Part shown: positions 1-8,093 of the stretch, one piece after another | How positions within the stretch are numbered: position 1 is the stretch's first letter | Layout: every line of letters begins with the position of its first letter | DNA from: an uncultured Gammaproteobacteria bacterium | Lineage (GTDB): Bacteria > Patescibacteriota > Microgenomatia > UBA8517 | Length of the DNA: 55,134 nucleotides | Direction of reading: 5' to 3' | Assembly: GCA_964645605.1 (NCBI GenBank) | Contig: CAZYCE010000003.1 | Span: 1 to 55,134 of the forward strand | Notes under the pieces: generated by a model | Database searches by the model: none | Seen by the model: the letters and a program-made list of their open reading frames with translations, nothing else | What the model was told of the DNA's origin: nothing | Translations under genes and position numbers: made by a program

Positions 1-2
1 GA

Positions 3-182
3 ATAAAAATCCATCCGCTTTACAAAAAGAGATTCATCAGATCAACAAAATATCAGGTTCACGATGAAATCGGAGTAAAAATGGGAGAGGTAGTAAAATT
101 TGCGGATTGCAAACCATATTCCAAATCAAAAAAATGGAAAATTATTAAAGTGATAAACAAGAAAAAGGAGGCTAAAAACTAA
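3..182 (+). CDS. rpsQ: 30S ribosomal protein S17, 5'-truncated by window edge
   Basis: Manual translation IKIHPLYKKRFIRSTKYQVHDE...DCKPYSKSKKWKII; lies directly before rplN. Confidence 0.93.
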   Translation: MKIHPLYKKRFIRSTKYQVHDEIGVKMGEVVKFADCKPYSKSKKWKIIKVINKKKEAKN

Positions 183-185
183 AAA

Positions 186-551
186 ATGGTACAACTTAGG
201 ACAATGTTGGTTCCGGCGGACAATAGCGGTGCAAAAAGAATAATGATTATCGGTGTTCCCGGAAGGGTTGGTAAATTTGCTACTCTTGGAGACGTGGTCC
301 TTGGTGTTGTAAAGGGGGCAGATCCGGCAGGGGTTGTGATCGATCACGAAAAAGTTAAAGTTCTTATTGTCAGGACACACAAAGAGATCAGAAGGAAAGA
401 CGGAAGTTATGTTAGGTTTGATGACAATGCGGGAGTGGTAATTGATAAACAGGGTCTTCCAAGAGGGACAAGAATTTTGGGACCCATTGCAAGAGAGGTT
501 AAAGAAGCGGGTTATAACAAAATAGCATCACTTGCCCGCGAGGTGGTATAA
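186..551 (+). CDS. rplN: 50S ribosomal protein L14
   Basis: ADNSGAK and YVRFDDNAGV motifs; operon position. Confidence 0.97.
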   Translation: MVQLRTMLVPADNSGAKRIMIIGVPGRVGKFATLGDVVLGVVKGADPAGVVIDHEKVKVLIVRTHKEIRRKDGSYVRFDDNAGVVIDKQGLPRGTRILGPIAREVKEAGYNKIASLAREVV

Positions 552-587
552 ACAAAGCTTGCCACGATAGTGTGGTAAAAAACAAAA

Positions 588-902
588 ATGTTGAAATTTA
601 AAATCGGAGATACAGTCAAAATAACAGCAGGAAAAGACAAAGGTAGAGAGGGTAAGATTGAGAAAATTTTACCTGTTGATGGCAAGGTTCTTGTTCCCGG
701 TATTAATCTTTACAAAAAACATGTGAAGGGATTTGGGGACGTAAAAGCGGGAATTTATGATATTCCCAGAGGATTGGGTTTTGGAAAAATCGCATTGATT
801 TGCCCGAAGTGTAAAAAGGTGACCAGGGTAGGTTTCAAATTTGCAGGAAATGACAAAGTTAGGTTTTGCAAAAAATGTGGGAAGGAAATTGATACAAAAT
901 AA
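588..902 (+). CDS. rplX: 50S ribosomal protein L24 (with two C-terminal CxxC pairs)
   Basis: GDTVKITAGKDKGREG KOW motif; operon position. Confidence 0.96.
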   Translation: MLKFKIGDTVKITAGKDKGREGKIEKILPVDGKVLVPGINLYKKHVKGFGDVKAGIYDIPRGLGFGKIALICPKCKKVTRVGFKFAGNDKVRFCKKCGKEIDTK

Positions 903-937
903 GAAAAGAGATCCTGAAATAAATTCGGGATAATATT

Positions 938-1489
938 ATGAATAGATTACAGGAAAAATATACAAAAGAAATTAAAGGGACAATGGCTAAAGAGTTTGGC
1001 ATTAAGAATACTTTTGCCGTCCCGAAACTTGAGAAAATTGTTGTCAACATGGGAGTCGGAGGACTTTCCAAGAACCAACAGCAAATGGATGCCCTGAGCC
1101 GTGATATGGCGACTATAACCGGACAAATGCCCTCTGTCAGAAACGCGAAAGTTTCTATTGCCAGTTTTTCACTTAGGGCTGGAATGCCTGTAGGGCTTAG
1201 TGTTACTTTAAGAGGAGAAAAAATGTATTCCTTCTTGGATAGGCTTACATCAATAGTTTTACCCAGACTTCGTGATTTCAGGGGAGTTCCGGATAAGTCG
1301 TTTGATAAAATGGGAAACTATACTTTAGGATTTGAGGAACATACTGTTTTTCCCGAAATTGATTCGACGAAAAGTGCAAATGCACACGGATTTGAAATTA
1401 CAATTGTTTCGACCGCAAAAAGTGCAGAAAAAGCAAAAAGATTATTGGAGTTGATGGGAATGCCGTTTCAAAAGGAGGTAAAAGGTTAA
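938..1489 (+). CDS. rplE: 50S ribosomal protein L5
   Basis: VPKLEKIVVNMGVG and LPRLRDFRG motifs. Confidence 0.98.
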   Translation: MNRLQEKYTKEIKGTMAKEFGIKNTFAVPKLEKIVVNMGVGGLSKNQQQMDALSRDMATITGQMPSVRNAKVSIASFSLRAGMPVGLSVTLRGEKMYSFLDRLTSIVLPRLRDFRGVPDKSFDKMGNYTLGFEEHTVFPEIDSTKSANAHGFEITIVSTAKSAEKAKRLLELMGMPFQKEVKG

Positions 1490-1510
1490 AACCTTTAGCG
1501 TTTAACTAAT

Positions 1511-1696
1511 ATGAGTACAACAGCAAAAGAAGTTAGGGAAACTAAAAAATTAAAATTTAAAGTCAGATACCATAATAGGTGTAAAATCTGCGGAAGATCC
1601 CGTGGATATATGCGCAAGTATGGTCTTTGCAGACTTTGTTTTAGAGAATATGCTCTAAAGGGTGAAATCCCTGGTGTTAAAAAAGCATCGTGGTAA
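1511..1696 (+). CDS. rpsN: 30S ribosomal protein S14, zinc-binding (type Z)
   Basis: [10 protein letters not shown]...GLCRLCFRE...IPGVKKASW. Confidence 0.97.
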   Translation: MSTTAKEVRETKKLKFKVRYHNRCKICGRSRGYMRKYGLCRLCFREYALKGEIPGVKKASW

Positions 1697-1706
1697 TTAC
1701 TTTCGA

Positions 1707-2102
1707 ATGATGAAAAACAATGCAACAACAAATTATGTAATAGGAGATTTTCTTATAAGAATTAAAAATGCGGCTATGGCCAAAAATAAAGAGGTCAGTG
1801 TTACCTCAAACAAAAAATTGATTGCAGTTTCCGAAGCTCTTAAAAAGATGGGATTTGTCGACAGCATTAAAGACGAAAAAGGAATTCTTACCGTTAAGTT
1901 AACCTATAAAGATAAAAGACCCAGACTTATGGACCTGAAACTTATTTCAAAGCCGGGACTTAGAGTTTACATGGGAGTTGATGAGCTTGAAAAGAAAAAG
2001 AGCCCGTCTATTTTTTTGATCTCGACGCCTAAAGGAATGGTCTCGTCTCTTAAGGCAATTAAAGACAGGGTGGGAGGAGAAGTTATTGCTGAAATTTGGT
2101 AA
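1707..2102 (+). CDS. rpsH: 30S ribosomal protein S8
   Basis: GDFLIRIKNA and ISKPGLRVY motifs; start moved to ATG 1707 downstream of rpsN. Confidence 0.95.
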   Translation: MMKNNATTNYVIGDFLIRIKNAAMAKNKEVSVTSNKKLIAVSEALKKMGFVDSIKDEKGILTVKLTYKDKRPRLMDLKLISKPGLRVYMGVDELEKKKSPSIFLISTPKGMVSSLKAIKDRVGGEVIAEIW

Positions 2103-2126
2103 TACCTTATTAGGAATAAAAATAAA

Positions 2127-2681
2127 ATGAGTAAAATAGGAAAACAACCAGTTATAATACCGACAGGAGTAACAGTAGAAGTAAGTGGTCATACGGTTAC
2201 CGTTACGGGTCCTAAAGGAACAGTCAAAAGACATTTTGCCCCCGAGGTAACCGTGGAGGTTGTCGATGATAAGGTGGTAGTCAGCACAAGAGGAACCGGG
2301 AAATATGTAATGGCTCTTTTTGGAACTACAAGAGCACTTATTAATAACGACGTGACAGGAGTTTCAACCGGCTGGAGTAAAAAGCTCGAACTTGTGGGAA
2401 CCGGTTTCAGGGCGGATGTTGCCGGTGACGAATTGTCTTTAACGGTCGGATATTCTCATCCTGTTAAAATCAAGGCTCCCGAAGGAATTACTTTTAAGGT
2501 CGAGAAAACCATTATTACGGTTGACGGATTTAATAGAGAAGTTGTAGGGCAGACCGCTGCAGTTATCAGAGCGGTCAGGCCGCCTGAACCATACAAAGGA
2601 AAGGGAATTAAATATATCGATGAGATTATAAGAAGAAAGCCGGGTAAGGCTGCTGCAACAAAAGCGGGACCTGCAGCTTAA
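2127..2681 (+). CDS. rplF: 50S ribosomal protein L6
   Basis: MSKIGKQP and RPPEPYKGKGI motifs. Confidence 0.98.
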   Translation: MSKIGKQPVIIPTGVTVEVSGHTVTVTGPKGTVKRHFAPEVTVEVVDDKVVVSTRGTGKYVMALFGTTRALINNDVTGVSTGWSKKLELVGTGFRADVAGDELSLTVGYSHPVKIKAPEGITFKVEKTIITVDGFNREVVGQTAAVIRAVRPPEPYKGKGIKYIDEIIRRKPGKAAATKAGPAA

Positions 2682-2697
2682 ACTAAACCATAAAAAT

Positions 2698-3057
2698 ATG
2701 AGTAACTTAAAATTAAAAACAAAAAGATATATTCAAAGAAAAGCTAGAGTCCGCTCAAGGATAGTTGGAACGTCGGAAAGACCGAGATTTTCGGTTTTCC
2801 GTTCCAATGCCCACATTTATGGACAGCTTATCAACGATGAAAAGAATGTTACATTGATTTCCTGTTCAGACTCGGCTATCAAAAGCAAAACGAAGCAGAC
2901 TAAAACGCAAATTGCTGAAAATGTCGGAGCAGAATTAGCTAAAAAAGCTATTGCCAAAAAAATAAAGAAAGTCGTTTTTGACAGAAATGGATTTAGGTAC
3001 CACGGTAGAATAAAAGCATTGGCCGAAGGGGCAAGAAAGGGGGGGCTAGAATTCTAA
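2698..3057 (+). CDS. rplR: 50S ribosomal protein L18
   Basis: RPRFSVFRSN and VVFDRNGFRYHGRIKALAEGAR motifs. Confidence 0.97.
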   Translation: MSNLKLKTKRYIQRKARVRSRIVGTSERPRFSVFRSNAHIYGQLINDEKNVTLISCSDSAIKSKTKQTKTQIAENVGAELAKKAIAKKIKKVVFDRNGFRYHGRIKALAEGARKGGLEF

Positions 3058-3058
3058 A

Positions 3059-3559
3059 ATGGGAAACTATAATAACAGAGGAAGAAATAACAATTATGAC
3101 AATACTCCTAAGGAGTTTGAGGAAACTGTTGTTCAAATTAACAGAATTTCCAAAAAAACCAAAGGTGGAAACCAAATCAGATTTTCGGCACTTGTTGTCG
3201 TGGGGGATAGAAAAGGAAAAGTCGGTGTAGGTCTTGCCAAGGCAACCGATGTCAGAAATGCTATCAGAAAATCAATCGAAGCGGCAAAAAGGAGAATGGT
3301 TCTGGTTCCGCTTGTCGGAACAACAATCCCCTATTCTGTAAACGAAAAATTCTCGGCTGCTAAAATTTTGCTTAAGCCGGCTCCTCCCGGAAGCGGTATT
3401 ATTGCCGGAGGACCCATGAGAGTTGTTCTTGAGGCGGCGGGGATTCGCGACGCAGTCGGAAAAATATTGGGAACAAAGAACAAAATATCAAATGTTTACG
3501 CAACTCTAAAGGCTCTTGAAACAATTTCAGGGATGGTTGATGTTAAAAGAAAGGTATAA
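3059..3559 (+). CDS. rpsE: 30S ribosomal protein S5
   Basis: INRISKKTKGG...FSALVVVGD and APPGSGIIAGG motifs. Confidence 0.97.
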   Translation: MGNYNNRGRNNNYDNTPKEFEETVVQINRISKKTKGGNQIRFSALVVVGDRKGKVGVGLAKATDVRNAIRKSIEAAKRRMVLVPLVGTTIPYSVNEKFSAAKILLKPAPPGSGIIAGGPMRVVLEAAGIRDAVGKILGTKNKISNVYATLKALETISGMVDVKRKV

Positions 3560-3561
3560 GC

Positions 3562-4017
3562 ATGACACAATTACCGAAAGTTAAACAAAAAAGTAAAAAG
3601 AGAGTTGGCCGTGGAATGGGGTCAGGAAAAGGATCCCACACATCTGGACGTGGTCAAAAGGGACAAAAAAGCAGGGGTACAATAGGCGTTCTTTTTGAAG
3701 GAATGAAGATGAGGAAGAGTTTCCTTAAAAGGCTTCCTTTGATGCGCGGAAAGGGAAAGTTTCATGCAAAGGCTCAACCTGAAAAAGTTAATTATCAAAG
3801 GCTTGAAAAGCTTGCCGAGGGAACTGAAATAACCCTTGAAGGACTTATCAAACTTGGAGTTGTAAATGCAAAATTGGCAAAAGTAAACGGAGTAAAAGTT
3901 TTAAACGTTGGCAAAAATCCGAAAAAATTTAAGTTTTCTGTTCCTACTTCAGGAAAAGTTGTTGCAGTTGCCCCGGTCGAAAAATCTTCCAAAGAAGAAG
4001 TTAAAGCTACAAAATAA
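3562..4017 (+). CDS. rplO: 50S ribosomal protein L15
   Basis: KRVGRGMGSGKG...SGRGQKGQKSR motif. Confidence 0.95.
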   Translation: MTQLPKVKQKSKKRVGRGMGSGKGSHTSGRGQKGQKSRGTIGVLFEGMKMRKSFLKRLPLMRGKGKFHAKAQPEKVNYQRLEKLAEGTEITLEGLIKLGVVNAKLAKVNGVKVLNVGKNPKKFKFSVPTSGKVVAVAPVEKSSKEEVKATK

Positions 4018-4037
4018 TTTTGTAGTAGAATAAGGCT

Positions 4038-4457
4038 ATGAAAAATGTTGGGGTTGGTAACCACCTAACAGAGTTTGAATTTGAAGGACAAAAACAAAGA
4101 ATTTCTTTTATTGAAACAATGGATGTCGCCCAAGGAGTAAAATGCGATGTCTATAAATTTGATGGTGATAAATCAAAAGATTTGGGGATTATTGAGATAG
4201 AACCAAATTGCAAAACTCCTCTACAGAAAGTATTAAAAGGAGATAAAACCATTGAGGGATATGTTTCCGGCGAGGGAAAATTAACTATTTCAACAGGTGG
4301 CAAGGATAAGACATATCCAACCAAAGAGGGTGAAAAGTTTTCTGTGAATGTGAGTATAGGCGAAACTATGCAGTGGCAGGCGGGCGAGAAGCCATTAGTT
4401 ACCTACGAGATTTGCTTTCCTCCCTACGAAGATGGCCGGTACGAGAATCTTCCCTAA
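4038..4457 (+). CDS. Hypothetical protein, possibly cupin-like
   Basis: 139-aa ORF, beta-strand-rich pattern; TAGAAT box 6 nt upstream; fold is a guess. Confidence 0.6.
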   Translation: MKNVGVGNHLTEFEFEGQKQRISFIETMDVAQGVKCDVYKFDGDKSKDLGIIEIEPNCKTPLQKVLKGDKTIEGYVSGEGKLTISTGGKDKTYPTKEGEKFSVNVSIGETMQWQAGEKPLVTYEICFPPYEDGRYENLP

Positions 4458-4630
4458 AGTTTAAACGCTCTAAATTGAATTACCCCAAATTAAGTTTTAG
4501 AACTTGCATGTAAAGTGTTTGTCTCATCTTTTATCATGGAGTAATGCATCGTAGAAGAAAAAGAGGTGTGAACTTTAAAATAGAGATTCATAGACTCGAA
4601 ATTTGAAAGGCTGGGTGATAAAATCGTACT

Positions 4631-5122
4631 ATGTTTGATGCAAAAATTCTTCAGGATAAAGATGCTGCTATCCGGGTGGGCGGCTTTCTGACAGGCCCAG
4701 ATGCATTTGAGCAAACTTGGGCTCCTAATGAAAAGCAAATAGTAGAACAAGCACCAATTGATTCTTTGACGGGAAAAAATCACAGGTATTGGTATGTTGA
4801 AGATAGTGGAGAAATAATTGGTGCTCTAGGAATTAGAGAAAATAAATACGGCAGTGGAGGGTACGAAATGGATTCGGATTACGTGGCCGTGCACAAAGAC
4901 TACAGAGGCCACGGGATAGCCTCTCAACTGCTTGATAGGGCGGAAGAGTTTGTCAAAAATAACAGTGGAAGATATATTCATGTTTTGACTTGTGACATAG
5001 ATTCATATAAACCGGCCAGAGCTTTTTATGAGAAGAATGGTTTTAGAAAAGTTGCTGAAATTCCAAATTATTATGTTCCTGGTGAAGGCCGTATAGACTA
5101 CTTCAAGGAATTTGAAGTTTGA
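4631..5122 (+). CDS. GNAT-family N-acetyltransferase
   Basis: YVAVHKDYRGHGIASQLL acetyl-CoA motif A; ARAFYEKNGF motif B. Confidence 0.9.
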   Translation: MFDAKILQDKDAAIRVGGFLTGPDAFEQTWAPNEKQIVEQAPIDSLTGKNHRYWYVEDSGEIIGALGIRENKYGSGGYEMDSDYVAVHKDYRGHGIASQLLDRAEEFVKNNSGRYIHVLTCDIDSYKPARAFYEKNGFRKVAEIPNYYVPGEGRIDYFKEFEV

Positions 5123-5162
5123 CACATTCGAAATTGCTTGACTCTTTTGTTATACTTCCCTT

Positions 5163-5624
5163 GTGATTACAATTTCGTTGGCAAGTAAAGATGAAATTCA
5201 AAACCTTCAAAATTTAAACGATGAGGTTTTTCTAAACAACCACAAATACGATTCGGATCTGAAAATGGATTGGGCTCAGTCAGAAACCGGTAAAAAGTAT
5301 TTTACAGATACCTTAAATAATCCTGACTCAATTTGTATCATTGCAAAGGATAGAAATCGTGCCGTTGGTTATATAGAGGCTACTCCAAAAGAATTTGGTT
5401 ACCGTCTTAGTAAATATATTGAGATTAATAATATGGGAGTTACACCGGATTGCCGTTCTAAAGGAGTCGGATCAATGCTCATGAAAAAACTATTTGAATT
5501 AGCTAAAGCCAAAGGTTTTCAGAAAGCCTATGTAAATACCTATTCGGATAATGTCAAAGCAGTAGCTTTTTATGAGAAAAATGGTTTTGCGAAGATTGAT
5601 GTAAGTTTAGAAAAAACTATTTAA
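5163..5624 (+). CDS. GNAT-family N-acetyltransferase (GTG start)
   Basis: GVTPDCRSKGVGSMLM and AVAFYEKNGF motifs. Confidence 0.9.
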   Translation: MITISLASKDEIQNLQNLNDEVFLNNHKYDSDLKMDWAQSETGKKYFTDTLNNPDSICIIAKDRNRAVGYIEATPKEFGYRLSKYIEINNMGVTPDCRSKGVGSMLMKKLFELAKAKGFQKAYVNTYSDNVKAVAFYEKNGFAKIDVSLEKTI

Positions 5625-5968
5625 TGCAACGCAAGAAATATTTTCATCAAAAACTCATCCGGGATAAAATTCCGGATATTATTAAAGCTGCAGGAGGTGT
5701 GGGAAAGTTTACAGTCCTTTCCCAAAAAAGATTTGAAGAAGAAATAAAGAAAAAACTTTTGGAGGAGTCAAAAGAACTTGCCAAGGCCCCGAAGGAAGAA
5801 ATACTTAATGAACTGGCGGATGTTTTGGAGCTTATCAAATCCATTGCCGATCATTACAAAATCAGGTTTTCAAAAGTTGAGGAATATCAAAAGGAAAAAA
5901 GAAGAAAAAGAGGGGGATTCAAGAAAAAGCTTTTTCTTGTCTGGTCTACAGGTAAAGCCGGAAAGTAA
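5624..5968 (+). CDS. MazG-like / phosphoribosyl-ATP pyrophosphohydrolase-like NTP pyrophosphatase
   Basis: KLIRDKIP...KLLEE...ELADVLE...KRGGF pattern; TAATG overlap with upstream gene. Confidence 0.8.
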   Translation: MQRKKYFHQKLIRDKIPDIIKAAGGVGKFTVLSQKRFEEEIKKKLLEESKELAKAPKEEILNELADVLELIKSIADHYKIRFSKVEEYQKEKRRKRGGFKKKLFLVWSTGKAGK

Positions 5969-6011
5969 TTCGTCCCATTCGAAGTTTGGAGCAAGATGCT
6001 AACATCTAAAT

Positions 6012-6377
6012 ATGTATCATGGAATTCTGGTTGATCAAGAATTTGATAATTCGAATTTTCCGGAAAAATTCAAAATCTTTTCGGTTAAGCATGATGACGG
6101 CTGGAAAATCTTCGGTGTTGAAATTTCAGATGTTGAACTAAATTCAACTGTTAAAGAAATTCAGAAAAACATGAAGTCAGAACAGCCTTGGTATTCTCAT
6201 CTGTATAACGATAAAAAACTAGTAGTCGTTTTTAAAAATAAGGTATTTAATGTTGAGCCCCACAAATCAACGTGGACTGAAGTTTTTGAATACGGAAAAT
6301 CTATTGGAATTCCTGAGATGCAATTGGATTTCTGGCCAAATAGATTTCAGGACGAAATCCATTATTTCTCCGACTAA
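6012..6377 (+). CDS. Hypothetical protein
   Basis: 121-aa ORF; extended -10 (TGcTAACAT) 6 nt upstream. Confidence 0.7.
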   Translation: MYHGILVDQEFDNSNFPEKFKIFSVKHDDGWKIFGVEISDVELNSTVKEIQKNMKSEQPWYSHLYNDKKLVVVFKNKVFNVEPHKSTWTEVFEYGKSIGIPEMQLDFWPNRFQDEIHYFSD

Positions 6378-6409
6378 TTTGACGTTCCAGAAATTTGGAT
6401 GGAAGTAGC

Positions 6410-6439
6410 TTTGAGAATTCTTCAGGTGTAAGCTAAAAT
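6410..6439 (+). repeat. 30-bp direct repeat, copy 1 (promoter module TTGAGA-N17-TAAAAT)
   Basis: TTTGAGAATTCTTCAGGTGTAAGCTAAAAT, identical to 7502-7531. Confidence 0.95.
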
Positions 6440-6445
6440 AGGGTC

Positions 6446-6772
6446 ATGTCTAAAGTAAAAATTGTTGTTTTTGTTCCGAAGACTCACACGAGCATTGTTC
6501 GTAAAGCAATGGGTGACGCCGGCGCTGGGGTAATTGGAAATTATAGTCACTGTAGTTATTCCGGTGACGGAGTCGGAAGATTTTTGCCGCTTGATGGAGC
6601 CAATCCAACAATAGGCGCTGTCGGGAAGCCGGAAGAAGTAGTTGAAGAAAGAATAGAAGTTATTTGCGACAGGGAAAAAGCGAAAGAAGTAATTGCAGCA
6701 ATGAAAAAAGTCCACCCGTATGAAGAAGTCGCTTTTGATATTTACTCCTTAATTTCCGAAGAAGAATTATAA
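6446..6772 (+). CDS. Small YqfO-like protein (stand-alone NIF3/DUF34 insertion domain)
   Basis: AMGDAGAGVIGNYSHCSY...HPYEEVAFDIY motifs. Confidence 0.85.
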   Translation: MSKVKIVVFVPKTHTSIVRKAMGDAGAGVIGNYSHCSYSGDGVGRFLPLDGANPTIGAVGKPEEVVEERIEVICDREKAKEVIAAMKKVHPYEEVAFDIYSLISEEEL

Positions 6773-6773
6773 A

Positions 6774-6802
6774 TTGAGAATTATTCGAGGGTAAGCTAAT
6801 AT
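6774..6802 (+). repeat. Diverged copy of the promoter-module repeat (TTGAGA-N17-TAATAT)
   Basis: TTGAGAATTATTCGAGGGTAAGCTAATAT, 24/29 identical to 6411-6439. Confidence 0.85.
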
Positions 6803-6808
6803 GATGAT

Positions 6809-7498
6809 ATGTTTTCTCTTTTAGAAATTTCTGAGAAGTTGAATAACGGTGAAAAATTTTGGATAGCTTTCATCGGGGATTCTAAAACGTCTTGCGAATG
6901 GGTGCATCCAAATTGGAGGGAGATTGTCGAATATGTTTTGAAGGAGGAGTTGGAAAAAAAGTATGGAGATGAGTGGAGAATTCCTTCTTGGAATATCAGA
7001 TGTTTTAATTTTGGTTATGACGGTGCCACAACTAAAGATATATTAAATAAAGTTGACGATATTATACCGGTTTCCCCGAACCTGATAATCAGTATTATGG
7101 GTAGTAATGATATGAAGATGGGCATTGATGCAGATAACCATGTTGTCAACGTTAGGGAAATAGTTAATAAGGTAAAAACAAATGTAGTTTGGTGTACTTC
7201 TATTCTTTCAATTGACGAAGAGAGAAATAAAATTTACAAAAAATATGCAGATTCTTTACTTAAACTTTCAGAAAATAAAAATCTTAAGTTAATAAACATG
7301 ATGAAGGAGTTTGAGAACTTTCCTCTAAACAAATTTTTTACCTTTAACGATAAAGGTAGACGCGATTTGACTCACCCGAATCAATTGGGAAATGCTTATG
7401 TGGCAAAAGTAATTTTGAAAAAAGTATTTAACATTGAATTTGACCCGGAGAGGTTCTGGGAGGAAACACTTGCTGGTGAGAAGTACCCCGGGTATTAG
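6809..7498 (+). CDS. SGNH/GDSL hydrolase
   Basis: Blocks GDS, G(Y)DG, GSND and DLTHPN. Confidence 0.85.
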   Translation: MFSLLEISEKLNNGEKFWIAFIGDSKTSCEWVHPNWREIVEYVLKEELEKKYGDEWRIPSWNIRCFNFGYDGATTKDILNKVDDIIPVSPNLIISIMGSNDMKMGIDADNHVVNVREIVNKVKTNVVWCTSILSIDEERNKIYKKYADSLLKLSENKNLKLINMMKEFENFPLNKFFTFNDKGRRDLTHPNQLGNAYVAKVILKKVFNIEFDPERFWEETLAGEKYPGY

Positions 7499-7501
7499 GA
7501 G

Positions 7502-7531
7502 TTTGAGAATTCTTCAGGTGTAAGCTAAAAT
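7502..7531 (+). repeat. 30-bp direct repeat, copy 2
   Basis: Identical to 6410-6439. Confidence 0.95.
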
Positions 7532-7537
7532 GCAAAT

Positions 7538-8020
7538 ATGGACAGAGAGATAAAGGCACTTCTTGGTAAAGGACTTGCCGGGGGTTATGGTGCAAGCAAT
7601 TATGGTAAAGGTGAAAGGGCCGGATTCCAACTCGATATAAATGATTATCGGGGACCGGATGGGAAGTACCATGATGAATGGGCGGCTCATCAAAATGGCG
7701 GAGGGCAGGAACTTATCGAAACCTCTGATGGCAGAAAATGGACAAGAGTATATGCCGGCGGGTCATTGGACGAAGGAACACTTTCGAAATTGGGGATTAC
7801 GGGGGAGCAAGTTTCCGAGAAAATTAAATTCTTTTTGGGAAAACTCGGAGATAAAACGAGATTTGATTTTGAAGTCACGGACACGGAAGATGATTGGGAG
7901 TATTCTTACAAAATCGATAGAGAAGAAAAAGAGATTCCCTTGGTGGTCGGCAGTGAAAGAATTGAATATAAAGGCTCTCTGGTTTTTACTCACGAAATAA
8001 TTAACTCTCCAGTTACTTGA
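7538..8020 (+). CDS. Hypothetical protein (DUF5680-like)
   Basis: 160-aa ORF; YHDEW...GGGQEL...W.R.YAGG pattern recalled as DUF5680-like, tentative. Confidence 0.6.
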   Translation: MDREIKALLGKGLAGGYGASNYGKGERAGFQLDINDYRGPDGKYHDEWAAHQNGGGQELIETSDGRKWTRVYAGGSLDEGTLSKLGITGEQVSEKIKFFLGKLGDKTRFDFEVTDTEDDWEYSYKIDREEKEIPLVVGSERIEYKGSLVFTHEIINSPVT

Positions 8021-8093
8021 GAAATCTGTGAAATAATTATAAGTACTCCACCTGTTTTTAGGCTCTGTTTTGAGATATAATTCGTAGGTACTT

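Noticed and set aside
588-902. C-terminal CxxC pairs in L24 and EGFPR variant in Adk as novelties
   Set aside because: Likely ordinary lineage-level variation; nothing in the window suggests altered function
4460-4600. Possible small ORF or transposase fragment (FYHGVMHRRRK on plus; 33-aa ORF on minus)
   Set aside because: Too short; no convincing HUH/Y1 motif, start or terminal structure
6410-7531. CRISPR or classical attC interpretation of the 30-bp repeat
   Set aside because: Copies are 360-730 bp apart and separated by whole genes; not palindromic; no cas or intI gene; no RYYYAAC/GTTRRRY ends
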